DNA of 64,000 nt from the NCBI GenBank assembly GCA_951406725.2, contig OX597818.1:137144001-137208000 (forward strand). The letters are read 5' to 3'. Shown in pieces: positions 40,504-55,207 of the stretch. The translations under genes and the position numbers were made by a program. The notes beneath the pieces are model-generated. The model made no database searches, was not told the origin of the DNA, and was given only the letters and a program-made list of their open reading frames with translations. Every line of letters begins with the position of its first letter. The stretch's first letter is position 1. Source of the DNA: Octopus vulgaris (Eukaryota).

Positions 40504-40854
40504 CTGGGGTAACTAATATAGACATATTACGGATTAGTGTCTATGTTTTTGTGTCTCGCAAGTATCCTGCAAGGTACTGAATGTTCTACGTTGTCACATC
40601 AACATATAGCCTTCTCTGCAGTTGAGGGTAGTGTTTGGATCACCAGGAGATTTGTGAAAGCGTATAAGACCACGGAAGTGGCATGTGTCCGGTTGCAACG
40701 TAATATCTGTAGCTGTTGCGGGCCCACCGTGTGGAGAGATACTGAGCATAATGGGCCGAAATCTCGGCGAAGCACAGCACTCAGCTGACGATTGCAGCCG
40801 AATGAGAAATGGAGCTTTCAGTGTTTTTCTTCTACTATATACATACACATATAC

Positions 40855-40975
40855 ACACGAAACGAGCTTCTTTCAGTTTCCTTCTACCAATTCTATTCAC
40901 AAGGCTCTAGTCAAAGTACCATGCAGTGGGAGTGAACCCTGAATCATGTAGTTGGGAAGCAAAGTTCTCACCGCC
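40855..40975 (-). mobile_element. SINE family C 5' fragment
   Basis: GCTTCTTTCAGTTTCCTTCTACCAA...CAGTGGGAGTGAACCC. Confidence 0.65.
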
Positions 40976-41019
40976 CAGAGGAATAATTATGAATATTTGT
41001 TATTTTTTTTTATATATTA

Positions 41020-41395
41020 CTAGCAGTATCGCCCGGCGTTGCTCGGTTTTGTAAGGGAAATAACTATATAAGCATTTTTAGAGAGTTATAGCCAAAAAAT
41101 AGCAAAAAAATGATGGTAAATTTTTTAAAAAATCGTTGACTCATCGTAGACATTTTTAGAGAGTTACTTCCCTTATATAATAGCGAAAAAATGCATTAAA
41201 ATGGAAAAAAATGATGGTAAATAATTTTAAAAATCGTAGACTCATCGTAGACGCGCGCTAATACCCAGAAGGGCTCGATATGAATCACGACTATAAGATA
41301 CCCGCTTTTGGTTGAACTGCACCGCAAAATGTGGGAGTAGTTAGGAATCTAAATCGTAGGAGACAGACACACAACTTCACTTTTATATATAACGA
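41020..41395 (-). mobile_element. Non-autonomous Helitron (same family as 35147)
   Basis: Same TC start, subterminal hairpin and CTAG end; high identity to 35147-35547. Confidence 0.85.
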
Positions 41396-41699
41396 TTAGT
41401 ATGTTACTTTCGTAACGTCATCAGAAGAGGCTGAAGAGAAAGAAACTAGAAAGCTCTAAGTAAAATACAGTGTTTAATAATATTTTTCTTAATTTGAAGA
41501 GGGAATGAATAAAATGTAAGCGTGCATTGTGGATGTGAGGGCGAGCGTAGCCCAAGTGAATGAATTCATACTAAGTATAAATATCAATAGGAAAAGGCAC
41601 ATATCTTCGATAGTCAGAGTAAAGTTGTGAACGTGGAGTTCCTTGATTAACTTTATGTCGGTGTTCTTCTTGAGATTGCAATACGTTTATATTTATGTG

Positions 41700-41916
41700 C
41701 GAGGAAGTGCTGAAAAGTTCCTGGCTTTAAAGGTATCGCGAAAGGCCTGGCTGGAGGTCCAACCTTCCGAATTCTTTTATAGGGCCTACAGAAATTGAAG
41801 GGCAGTTGCAATAAGTGCGTGGATTTGAGAGGGGAATATCTTCAATAACATCATAATCAACTGATCCTCCTGTGTTTTCTTTTACCCAAAGCCAGGAACT
41901 TTTCAGCACTCCCTCG
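41700..41916 (+). mobile_element. Mariner-derived MITE
   Basis: ~29-bp TIRs CGAGGAAGTGCTGAAAAGTTCCTGGCTTT / AAAGCCAGGAACTTTTCAGCACTCCCTCG + TA. Internal GLQKLKGSCNKCVDLRGEYLQ* matches a mariner transposase C-terminus. Confidence 0.85.
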
Positions 41917-41923
41917 TATACTA

Positions 41924-42326
41924 TTTTACTCTTTTACTTGTTTCAGTCATTTGACTGCGGCCATGCTGGAGCACCGCCTTTTAGTCGAGCAAATCGACCC
42001 CAGGACTTATTCTTTATAAGCCTAGTACTTATTCTATCGGTCTCTTTTGCCGAACCGCTAAGTAACGGGGACGTAAACATACCAGCATCGGTTGTCAAGA
42101 TTTGTTGGGGGGACAAACACAGACACAAACACACACACACACATATATATATATATACATACACGACGGGCTTCTTTCAGTTTCCGTCTACCAAATCCAC
42201 TCACAAGGCATTGGTCGGCCCGGGGCTATAGCAGAGGACACTTGCCCAAGGTGCCATGCAGTGGGACTGAACCCGGAACCATGTGGTTGGTAAGCAAGCT
42301 ACATACCACACAGCCACTCCTGCGCC
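41924..42326 (-). mobile_element. SINE family C, full length
   Basis: Complete head, internal microsatellite and tail. Confidence 0.9.
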
Positions 42327-42619
42327 TATGGTGTATAATAATTTCCATTTTATTTTCGTTTCATTCGTTTGCTTTTGACGTTAATCCTAAACATTTAGCA
42401 ATGTGCCTCTTCATTGCTTGTGCACATGGCACTTTGAGGCACTAAAATGGAATATAATTAATTTGCCTATAAATTTGTCTTCCCTCATCGAAGTCCCAGT
42501 GGATAATAGAAGAAATGAGTACCAGCTGCGCAATGGGGATCGATGTAACCGACATGTGTCCTCTCTGAAAATTCCACACCTTGTGCTTATTGTAAATTGG
42601 ATTCTTCTTTTTATTTCTT

Positions 42620-42671
42620 CATCCTTTTTTCTTCTTCTTCTTTTCCTTCTTCTTCTTCTTCTTCTTCTTCT

Positions 42672-42718
<47 letters not shown>

Positions 42719-42817
42719 TTCTTCTTCTTCTTCTTCTTTTTCTTCTTCTTCTTCTTCTTCTTCTTCTTTTCTTCTTCTTCTTCTTCTTCTTCTTTCTTCT
42801 TCTTCTTTTCTTCTTCT

Positions 42818-42852
<35 letters not shown>

Positions 42853-43105
42853 TTTTCTTCTTCTTTTCTTCTTCTTCTTCTTCTTCTTCTTCTTTTCTTC
42901 TTCTTCTTCTTTTTCTTTTTCTTCTTCTTCTTCTTCTTCTTCTTCTTCTTTTCTTCTTCTTTTCTTCTTCTTCTTCTTCTTCTTATTCTTCTTCTTCTTC
43001 TTTTCTTTTTTCTTCTTCTTCTTCTTCTTTTCTTCTTCTTCTTCTTCTTCTTCTTCTTCTTTTCTTTTCTTCTTCTTCTTCTTCTTCTTCTTATTTCTTC
43101 TTCTT

Positions 43106-43137
<32 letters not shown>

Positions 43138-43287
43138 CGTGGTTAATGTTATTATTATTGTTATTGTTATTATGTCAGAAATGATTATTAATACCATTAT
43201 TATTTATTATCGACTTCGTTGACATAGCGCTATTATTATTATTATCATTATTATTGTTATTATTATTATTATTATTGTTATTATTAT

Positions 43288-43320
<33 letters not shown>

Positions 43321-43323
43321 TAC

Positions 43324-43386
<63 letters not shown>

Positions 43387-43387
43387 C
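42620..43387. repeat. ~510-bp (CTT)n tract followed by (TTA)n
   Basis: Directly visible. Confidence 0.95.
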
Positions 43388-43389
43388 AT

Positions 43390-43778
43390 ATTGTCTTTGC
43401 ACAGTTTCTAACGCTGGAGATGTACTACGGTGTCAGCTGTTCACTACCAGTGAACTAAGGTAACACCCTTTATTTTTCGAGCACCATCCGGAGTATTCGA
43501 GCGGTTCCAAGCATTGCTGATTTCTGCAAGTGCTCCACCCTTATTGCAGCTCCCATTTGTTCCATGTACTTATCAAGATTTTTACTCACAGTTCCCAGGG
43601 CTCCGACAAGTATTGGTACTACTACCACCTTTTTTCAGCGACCGCAACTGCTTAAACTCCCAAGCTAACCTTGTCATCTCTATCGACTTTTCTTTCTTCA
43701 TTATTATCGCATACCTTGTTGTCAGCTTGGCATACTATATCTATGATCCAGCATCGTTTGCTTTCTTCCTCAATTAAC
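43390..43778 (-). mobile_element. R4/Dong-like RLE non-LTR 3' fragment in (TAA)n
   Basis: Minus: CWIIDIVCQAD...KKVVVVPILVGALGTVSKNLDKYMEQM...LQKSAMLGTARILRMVLEK*; its 3' end runs into (TAA)n. Confidence 0.85.
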
Positions 43779-43780
43779 AC

Positions 43781-44174
<394 letters not shown>

Positions 44175-44616
44175 AATAAATCACTATACTCATTATTATT
44201 CTTGTTCTTCTTATTAGTGTTACAACATAGTTATTGTTATTATGCAAGAAAATATTGATATTATTATTGCTGTTGTCGACAGTTGTAATCATTGTCATCG
44301 TTACTACCACCACCACCACCACCACCACCGCCAACATCATCATCATCACCATCATCATTGTCGTCGCCGTTATCATTATTATTGTTGATGTTGCTGCTGC
44401 TGTTTGTGTGGCGCTAGTGGCGGTGTTGTTTTAAACCACAGTTAAATAGACATGAAAATAAAGCCAGTGTTATAGGAACGGTAATTGACTGTGTTATTTT
44501 GCCTGCGGGAGATTACATTACTGCCGGGGGGTCAAAGGAAGAAAGACGTATATAAGTTTCTCTCTCTTTAACTTCCCGACTTCCATATAATTGCTTAACA
44601 TAATATATATATATAT

Positions 44617-44706
<90 letters not shown>

Positions 44707-44833
44707 ATATATGCATATACATATTTATATCTATATCTATCTATATATAAATACACACATATATATATATACATACATTTGTATACATTGTACATATATT
44801 TATGTATATATATTTGTGTGTGTATGGATATGA

Positions 44834-44894
<61 letters not shown>

Positions 44895-44982
44895 CGTATA
44901 TATGAATATACATATGTATATGTTTGGGTGTGAGTACGCATGCGTTTGTGCGTGTGTTTATGAAAATATATAAATGCAAATG

Positions 44983-45093
<111 letters not shown>

Positions 45094-45148
45094 ATAATTA
45101 TCTCTTTATGTATCTTTCTTGCTATCTGTTTATCTATCTATCTATCTA

Positions 45149-45194
<46 letters not shown>

Positions 45195-45846
45195 AATCTA
45201 TGTCTATCTATCTATCAATCTATCATACATAAATACATAAATAAATAAATACATACATATATACATACATACATGCATACATACAAACATACATACATAC
45301 ATACATACATACATACATAAATACATACATACCTATATACATAAATACATACATACACACATACTTTAGCTATTTAGCCTTTCGATTCCATATATTTTGC
45401 TCAATTTAATATCTTCCCGAAAATATAGAAGTAATATAATGATAAAATATAATAAAAATGATAACACAAATCAAAAATCAAAAATATGGAAAAAATCTCA
45501 GATAACCATAAAACATGAACAAATGAATTAAAAAAAAACCAAAAAAAATAAATATAAATTAAAACCCCCATAACATGCAAACCGGAAATGAGAGTAAAAT
45601 ATGAACACGCATTCACGCATACATTTCCAACACGCACACACACACACTCACACACACACACAGTGTCTCATTTGTAAATATTCATATATATATATATATA
45701 TAAGCGTGTGTATGTATGTATGTATGTATGTATGTATGTATGTATGTATGTATGTATGTATATATATATACGTGTGTGTGTGTCTATATATATGTGTATA
45801 TATATATGCATGTATAAATAAATATATATATATATATATATGTATG

Positions 45847-45895
<49 letters not shown>

Positions 45896-45904
45896 ATATA
45901 TATA

Positions 45905-45976
<72 letters not shown>

Positions 45977-46586
45977 TCAAGATCACCAATGCAAAAAAGT
46001 TAAGTGAAAGAAACATGAGCGACAAGGCGAGAGAAACAAGCGAAAAGCAAAATAGTAAGAAACTATAAAACAAACCTCGAAATTATGCAACGTCATTGAT
46101 ATTGTTTTGGATTCTCAGGAATAATCTAACGGATGATACATCTTTGAATTATTAGGATTTGGTGTCGGGAATTGTCGATGATTGCTCCCGTGGTTCGGCA
46201 ATGCTGTCGTTTTCCTTGTTTATTTATTTATTTATTCTTTTATGTATGTTGAGTCCCTGAATGTATATCTGTATTTCTGTTTTGGTCTGGATATTGCATG
46301 TGTGTGTGTATGTATGTATGTATGTGTGTGTGTATGTATGTTTGTATGTATGTATGTACGTATGTATGTATGTATGTATGTATGTATGTATGTATGCATG
46401 CATGCATGCATGTATGTATGTATGTATGTATGTATGTATGTATGTATGTATGTATGTGTGTATGTATGTATGTATGTATGTATGTGTATATATATATATG
46501 TATATATGTATGTAAGTATGTATGTATCTATGTATGTATATATGTATGTGTGTATGTATCTACGTATGTATGTGTGTATGTATGTA

Positions 46587-46642
<56 letters not shown>

Positions 46643-46915
46643 CGTATATAGGTATGTAAGTAAGTATGTAGTGTGTTTGTATGTAAGGGTGCAAATATGC
46701 ATGTATGTGTGTGTGTGTGTGTCTACGTATGTACGTATATTTGTACGTACGTATGTATCTATGGATATATGTTGGTATGTTTGCTTACTTGCACGTGAGT
46801 ATTCGTCTCTCTCTCTTTGGTTCTGTCACCTCTCTCTCTCTCTCTCTCTGCACACACACACGCACATACATATACGCATATATATATATATATACATTTA
46901 TATACATATATACAA

Positions 46916-46950
<35 letters not shown>

Positions 46951-46951
46951 G

Positions 46952-47106
46952 ATTCCTAGCTTTGCCATTTTTTCTCTCCTTGTTTCTTCCATGTTTCTGT
47001 TCTGTGAATCTTTCTGTTATAGCTCGAAACGTAAAAGACTTGTTTTATTTATATACTAATACAATTGTTTGTTTGTATTACCTGCCTTCGTCTTTTGTTT
47101 ATTTTC
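46952..47106 (+). repeat. (TA)n-embedded repeat with an internally deleted HHR
   Basis: TCTTT-CTG..GCTC-GAAAC-GTA-AAAGA (47009-47038): stem I TCTTT/AAAGA and GAAAC-GTA retained, core partly lost. Confidence 0.45.
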
Positions 47107-47138
<32 letters not shown>

Positions 47139-47479
47139 TGAATAGACACAAAACACATACACAAACACACATATAAGTAATGTTTGTTGCCACAGAACTA
47201 ACTGTGGCTGTGTAGTAAGAAGCTTGCTCCTCAACCACATAGTTACGGGTTCAGTCCCACTGATAGCAGGTATCAAAACTTACATTTTGATACCTGGTAC
47301 CAAAATGTAAGTCTGATACCAGGTATCGCCAGGTACCAAACTTGGCGACTTCTGCTGAAAAGTTTTCAAACCTTCGCATTTGAAAACTTTGAAAACGCAA
47401 AGTTCTCAAAACGTTTTTATCATTCTCCACACATAACAAGAAGATCTTGTGCAATTGAAGCTCAACAGACTTTTTGTTC

Positions 47480-48007
47480 AGCTGGACACAGTTTTGGCAC
47501 AAACCTGACAGACACGTGTGTTATACCCAAATCTTCAGTGTTAATGGACTGAACTGAACCGTAACTGATCTGCAATTCCTCTGAAAACTCACGGATGATG
47601 ACTCGACGAATTCCCTTCACAGCTGCACGCACGTCTGCGGTGTTTTTCTCAGTTCTGCTGGTTGCAGGTCTCCCAGAGCTTTCGTCAATATCGACATTTT
47701 TCGGTCATCTTTGAAATGTATGAAACACTCGTATGTGGCTCATACACTCCTCTCCATACACTTTCTGCAACTTTGCGTAGCCCTCTGAGCAGGTATGGTG
47801 TGATACTTTGACATGGTCAATGCGACGATCACACCTTATACGCCTTCATTTCAGGCACTGCTGTAAACATCATCGAAAATGAGCTAGAACGTTAAAACCT
47901 AGTGGGCATACACAACAGAGTAAAAAACCTGAGCCTAGCGGATTTACTCAGCGTGCTTTAGCTTCGTTACTATGGCAACATTCCTGATACTTATTGAATA
48001 GACCTCG
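47480..48007 (-). mobile_element. Mariner transposon 5' half (decayed)
   Basis: TA + CGAGGTCTATTCAATAAGT end. Minus translation YAKLQKVYGEECMS...SGRPATSRTEKN...ISYGSVQSINTEDLG...VSVRFVPKL (WVPHEL-equivalent). Confidence 0.85.
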
Positions 48008-48039
<32 letters not shown>

Positions 48040-48084
48040 CACACACATATACATATACATACATACATACATACATACATATGC

Positions 48085-48150
<66 letters not shown>

Positions 48151-48156
<6 letters not shown>

Positions 48157-48347
48157 CCGGAGTAAACACATAAATGTGAAACAAGGTGGAAAAAGAGTAC
48201 TCAAATACCAGTGGTAGAGTAATATATAAAGCAGCAGAAAATTCAACAAAATATGAGTTTCCGTTGCCGTTCATCGGACAGTTTTGCAAAATCCGATGAA
48301 CGGCAACGAAAACTCAGAGTAACAGGGTTTGTTGAACTTTAAATAAA

Positions 48348-48350
<3 letters not shown>
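48151..48350. mobile_element. (TA)n-embedded element with two inverted hammerhead motifs (family H3)
   Basis: Plus: CCGATGA-ACGGCAACG-AAAAC-TCAGA-GTA-ACAG (48293-48325). Minus: CTGT-CCGATGA-ACGGCAACG-GAAAC-TCA (48254-48281). Confidence 0.7.
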
Positions 48351-48397
<47 letters not shown>

Positions 48398-49147
48398 ACA
48401 ACTGAAGAAGGGGAATATTCCTTGTGTTGTATGTCTTGTACTCTGTTTTTTTTTCGTTGTTTGAAAAAAGTCCGTTTCCATGTTTTTGTTTTTTATGTTT
48501 TCGTTTCTCATTGTGTTCAACATTTTTGGGTGTCCTGTACCCATATATGCATGTATATATACATATAGATGTAGATATGTACATATATGTATGTATATAT
48601 GCATATGTTTATATATCATTTTGTTATTATATATATATATATGTACATATTTGTATATTAGCGTATCTAATCAAACTCATACAATAATATATTCGCGAGT
48701 TTCTGTAACTAAATAGAGAATTACAAATATGAAATTGATAGGCCGCCTCGCTAGAAAGCCGGAGGTCATAAGTTCAATCTTGCCGTGAGCAAAGTTTGCA
48801 ATTCTACTTTTACGTTTATAATTGTGATTCAAATGGGATGTTTACTAAATAATTCTAATGTGTGATAAATGCATAACTTAGTGTTAGGACGTGGGAGATA
48901 TGGGAATAGGGTTTCAGTTCCTGTGTGAGGCGAGGTTATTTTTGCCGTTAATTCCACTGTGATTGTTAACGATACCATTCCAGGAATTTCTGAGAGAGGA
49001 AACAAAATTAAAATAAAAATATCGTTGGATTTATACAAGAACAAAAAATTAAATGTAATTCATTTAGAAAATATATGGTAATATATATACACATGCAAAC
49101 ACACACTCACACACACACATATATATATACAGAGTCAGTGACAACAA

Positions 49148-49866
<719 letters not shown>

Positions 49867-50135
49867 CAGCATAGATAGCACAGGGTAGTGTTCAAAGAGA
49901 TAGGAACTTAAACTCCAGCATCTTCCTCGATTGTCGGCGCGACGGCAATGAAATTATTGGATACAAAAGCAATACTTCCCGTGCTGTGAAAGACGCAGTA
50001 AGGTAGTTAGTTAAACACAGACTTGAGACGTATATTTGCATTGAATATAAAATAGAGATTATGAAATAAAGAAAAATATTCTGTTAAGTCTTATCTCGGT
50101 AACTTCTTCAAGATGATCATAACTTACAAAACTAT

Positions 50136-50686
50136 ATTCTTTTCTACTCTAGGCACAAGGCGCCAGATTTTTGGGGAGGGACCAGTCGATTAGCTCGACC
50201 CAAGTGCACAACTGGTACTTATCAACCACAAATGGATGAAAGGCAAAATCGACCTCGGCGGAATTTGAATTCAGAACATAAAAACAGACGAAATACCTAT
50301 TTCTTTACTGCCTACAAGGGGCTAAACACAGAGAGGACAAACAAGGACAAACAAACGGATTAAGTCGATTAGATCGACCCCAGTGCATAACTGGTACTTA
50401 TTTAATTGATTCCCGAAAGGATGAAAGGCAAAGTCAACCTCAGCGGATTTTGAACTCAGAACGTAACGGCAGACGAAATACCTATTTCTTTACTACCCAC
50501 AAGGGGCTAAACATAGAGGGGACAAACAAGGACAGACATAGGTATTAAGTCGATTACATCGACCCCAGTGCGTAACTGGTATTTAATTTATCGACCCCGA
50601 AAGGATGAAAGGCAAAGTCAACCTCAACGTAACGGCAGACGAAATACCGTTCAGCATTTCGCCCGGCATGGTAACGTTTCCGACAA
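50136..50686 (-). mobile_element. SINE family A with three tandem body units
   Basis: The unit junction CAGACGAAATACCTATTTCTTTACT occurs twice; head at ~50640-50686. Confidence 0.85.
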
Positions 50687-50789
50687 GTCAAGAAATTGAT
50701 AAAGTAATTTAAGCTTTTCCTTTCAAGAGTAAAGGTACAAATTACCTCCCAACCATTTGATAACCGGAGTTAGTTTGTTTACAAAGTCG

Positions 50790-50880
50790 TAAATTTCGAC
50801 AAATATAACCGTTCAAGGCGACACTGCAGCATGGCCACAACCCAGTAGCTGAAGCAACTAAAAGAAGATAAATACACACA

Positions 50881-50917
<37 letters not shown>

Positions 50918-51125
50918 ATATGCATGTGTGTGCCTGTTTGTGGGTGTGTGGTTTGGTGTAGTGTGGTGTGTGTGTGTGAGTTTCTGTCGCTCGATAACCG
51001 CTGTTGGTGTGCTTACGTCCCGGCAATACAGAAAGCTATATTGATTAAAATAAGTACTGGGCGCAATTCATTCGACTAAAATGTTTCAGACTGGCTGCAG
51101 TCGAATGACCGAAACAAGTAAAACA
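50790..51125 (+). mobile_element. Two degenerate SINE C 3' halves
   Basis: CAGCATGGCCACA.. and CCGCTGTTGGTGTGCTTACGTCCC...GACCGAAACAAGTAAAA. Confidence 0.6.
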
Positions 51126-51387
51126 AACAAGAAGAGCGCAGATATACATACATGTGTGTGTGTGTATATATGTATATGCATGTGTGTGCGTGTTTGTGGG
51201 TGTGTCTGTGAATTTTTTATTAGATAAAATGCGTCTTCGAAAACTTTGATAAAGAACCAGCCTTTCGAAACCTCGATGTATCTTTTATTTGTCTCTTAAT
51301 CTCAGTGCATTACTTTGATCCGTATTCCATTCGTCGCATTTCTTATACATCTGCATTTTCTCCTTTTTGACCGTAATTTACATCGTG

Positions 51388-51423
<36 letters not shown>

Positions 51424-51698
51424 CATAAGTTTGTGCGTCAGCAAATATATATATATATACAGTGTATACTTATGCATATATATACATACAGCGGCACAGA
51501 TGCACATGCATACACACCACACACACATACACTCACGCATTTACATACACATGCATACTTTCATGCATACAAGTATACACATACATATATACTCACAGCG
51601 GCACACGTATATGCGCATGCGCGCTCACACACACACACACATATATATATATGCATGTACATCTGTGTCGCTGTATACATTTATGCATATGTATATAC

Positions 51699-51754
<56 letters not shown>

Positions 51755-52814
51755 CTCACACACAAACGCATACATATATTTATATATATATATATAGAGT
51801 GAGAGGGAGACAGACAGTCATGCCGTTATCGCCACACAAACTAACATTCTATCATATACATGTGTATTATGTTGAGACAGGAGAGGGGTGAATGTTGAAG
51901 GGAGAGAACTGTATGCACTTTCTCCGTCTAGAGAAGATAAACGCCATATGTTTTTGAGATTTGATGCAAAGAGACATTTTCACGTCATTGTCCCTAATAA
52001 AATTTTATGTAGTCGCTGCCGTATGACCTCGCGAGAAACTCTCTTAGTATTTACTAGTCTCCTCCTGTTCCACTCTACTGACAGCAAATCGTAAATGGGA
52101 CATCATTAATTACAGCCAACATTACTTAAATGTTAGCTCGATATGCTTGAAATATCAACCACATTTCCCCCTCTGTCTTGCTAAAATCACTCGTAGTTTA
52201 TTGTCATGAGTAAAGAAAGGTTATATTGGATAATGCAATGTTAGATTAAAATGAAATAGAAAAGGACAGTAATTTTTGGAACGCGTTGGCGATAAGGCTT
52301 TATTTTCATGGTTTACCTGGGCGAAAATAACAACTACCATAATAGCTCTGCTGAAATGTAAAACGAATGGGACAAGGTGTATTAGGTTTAGAGTACAGTA
52401 TTGTTTTTCTGGGGACTATTTTGTTGTTATAGTAGTTATTAATGTTGTTGTTGCCCTTCTTCCTCTCTTCACTTTCTGTAGCCCTAGGTCATTTCTAAAT
52501 GAGTAGACCTACGATCAAAAATATTCCGGTTGTGATTATGTAAGCTTATATTTTCAGATATGAAATACTCTACAAGTACATGACTATGTTATCCGATGTA
52601 ACAGTCTTTTCGTTGGAGAGTAAGGTGTGGAAATTTGTGAAATTTTGCTCAGAAAGTAACCATCAATAGGGAAAATATATCTGGTATGAATTTTAGTTAA
52701 AGTATGCTATAAAGTTGATAGTATAGGTGTAATTAGTCACCACTCTAATTCATTAAAAAACGGCTTAATACTTATCAGCTGAGAAGTTTTCTGTTTAATA
52801 TATATATATGGAGA

Positions 52815-52961
52815 AGGCCGGTTTATGGGGTTACCCTGGGTTTTTCGTCCACAAAGGGTTTAGCTTTATTGCGTATCGTCAGAAGTTTTGGGGTCTGCCG
52901 ATATGCCATAAAGATAACCCTTTTTGGACGGGAAATCCAGGGTAATCCCATAAACTGGCCT
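52815..52961. repeat. Fold-back palindrome (~68-bp arms) in a (TA)n-flanked element (52810-53197)
   Basis: AGGCCGGTTTATGGGGTTACCCTGG... / ...CCAGGGTAATCCCATAAACTGGCCT. Confidence 0.8.
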
Positions 52962-53194
52962 CCGCCATTAAAATGTACATTGCTCGACATCTTAGAGTGT
53001 GCTTCTTCTCCGGATTTATGTTTTCTACAAACAATATTACATATATACATATACAATTTATAAATAAGGGCAAAAAAAAAAAAAAAAGAATTATGCCATA
53101 TATGCCGAGAACACACTTTAAATCGTCAATAACCACATATAATCCATCACTATAAGCACTCGTCGCATGCTGACAGAAATTTCTAGAAAATTCC

Positions 53195-53235
<41 letters not shown>

Positions 53236-53236
53236 T

Positions 53237-53305
53237 TTATTATTAAAACTGCAAAAACATCAGAAAAATATCACAAAAACAGCTACTCAGAGTTTCACGT
53301 TCCCT
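53237..53305 (-). repeat. H3-related fragment with the HHR 3' half
   Basis: Minus GGGAACGT-GAAAC-TCTGA-GTA-GCTG, with the same quasi-palindromic stem III as 48311-48321. Confidence 0.5.
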
Positions 53306-53802
53306 TTTGATTGAGATTGGAACAAAAATTAAGCTTATCTGCGTAAATATCCAACTTGCATTGACAGGTACACATTTAAAATTGGTTTCGTTTCATTGGT
53401 CATTTCAACTAACGGTTTTTTTTAAAGAAACGCTGATATACATAATAAAATATCTAAAAATCATATTGTGTAAAATCGAAGCAAACCTTAAATCAAAAAA
53501 TAATTTTTTGTTAGAAGGAAAAACATATATACCCAGAGTAAATTAATAAATGGTAAAATAAGTTTAATTAAAATAATATAAGCCTGTTAATAATAAAATA
53601 TTCACTTACAGAAATGTAACAGCATAGAAGTATAGACACACACCATTCATATACAAACGCGTACAAACATTCAGTTATACATACACACACTAAAAACATA
53701 TTTATACCTATGTACACTAACACTTACAAACGATGATACATGCATGCATACATACATACATACATACATACAAAGATACATACATACATATATACATACA
53801 TA

Positions 53803-54010
53803 ATGTGACCGCGTGTGTACTGTTGGCGATTTTTTTCCGCTGTCTTCTCTTCTGTGGATCTTTCCTTCTATGTTTCCGACGAAGAGCTCCGCTCGAAACG
53901 TTAAACCCTCCTTCTTCCCTTCCTTCCTGAGCGTCCAATAATACTATATTTGTTCCACGTCCTAGCGTTGTTGTGTTTTCTCTTTGTGTTTTCATGTTTG
54001 GATTAACTTT
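53803..54010 (+). mobile_element. H1-family HHR-bearing repeat
   Basis: GTTT-CCGACGA-A-GAGC-TCC-GCTC-GAAAC-GTT-AAAC at 53872-53906; homolog of 15465-15663. Confidence 0.8.
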
Positions 54011-55207
54011 ATATACATACTTACATATATACATACATACCTATATATACAGGCAAATATAAATGTGAATATATTTACTAATGTATACATATGTACCTAC
54101 ACGCATATATATACACACCATGTATCCCGTGCGTATGCGCTGATATGAATAACTTTGTTCATATGGGGATAATAATGATAAATAAATGCTATGAAAGTAA
54201 TCAAGTAAATAATAAAAATAATGAAAATTGTAATAAAAAAATAAAACAAATCCATTCGAGTATTTGATATCTTTAAAACATATTTTGGGCGATTGTAGAT
54301 AGACTTTTAAAGATGTGCATTAAAAATTCAACGTTGTGGGGTATTTTGTGGGCTAAATTGCAATGTAAAAAACCAATCATATGGTTCTATAAGGTGCACT
54401 TAAAAGTAATAGTTTCAATAAAATAATGAAAATAAAATAAAAATAATAGAAATATAAAATAAAAATAGAAATATATAGTTTCTGCAGAGTCGAAAGTTTT
54501 CTTGAGAGGCGAAAAATGTTGAATGTAGAAGCGAAAATGCAAAATAAATGTAATACTACATGGTGTCGGTTTTTAGGTGAAAAAAGTCAAATTCCAATGT
54601 GAAAGTCAATGTTACCCGTACGGTACTTTTACACTAGATAATTTATACCGCGTAGCACGTCTGCAGGAATTTAAAAGCTTCCGTCTTTGGTTCAGTGCGT
54701 ATTTATCCTAGAATCGGATGAAGAGCTTTCCAGTCAAGCACAAATTACCCCTCATAGAGCGTCTATATGCTTCATGCATATATGTTGCTTCTTTCTTCAA
54801 GATTGTCCACCTGATTTTGAAAGGACGGGTATCGTTTTCTTTCAGTTGCCATATACGTTTAGCAAGACTCGTTGCTGTCATATTTTCGGGGTATCGAAAT
54901 GAATTTTGGTGGGAATATAATCTAGTCTTAAAGGAATTTTACGAGGCTCCTGTATATATCTTGTATTCTTGTGAGCCATCTATTTATACCATAGCTCTAT
55001 AAACTATTCCTTTCTCTAGAAACTTCGCTCCTAATAGACAGCAACTTTGATATTTACAATTACAATTCTTCTGGTTATTTCCAGCATGCTGGTTACTTCT
55101 AATAGTTTTTGTGTTGCGCTGGCTAATTAAAGAGGCAAAGCCCTTGCAACAAGAACAAGTAACCTTTAGCGTTCTTCTATTAAAAATTCTATATAACCTA
55201 TGGTTTG

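Noticed and set aside
48395-48545. CTGAAGA followed by GGGGAATATTCC in a (TA)n-flanked repeat as another HHR
   Set aside because: No properly placed GAAAC, stem III or GUH; at best a half motif.
54590-55075. Selenocysteine recoding in the Naiad-like PLE (reported for some Naiads)
   Set aside because: Stops here are TAA/TAG at non-Cys positions, and the retained Cys codons are TGT/TGC.
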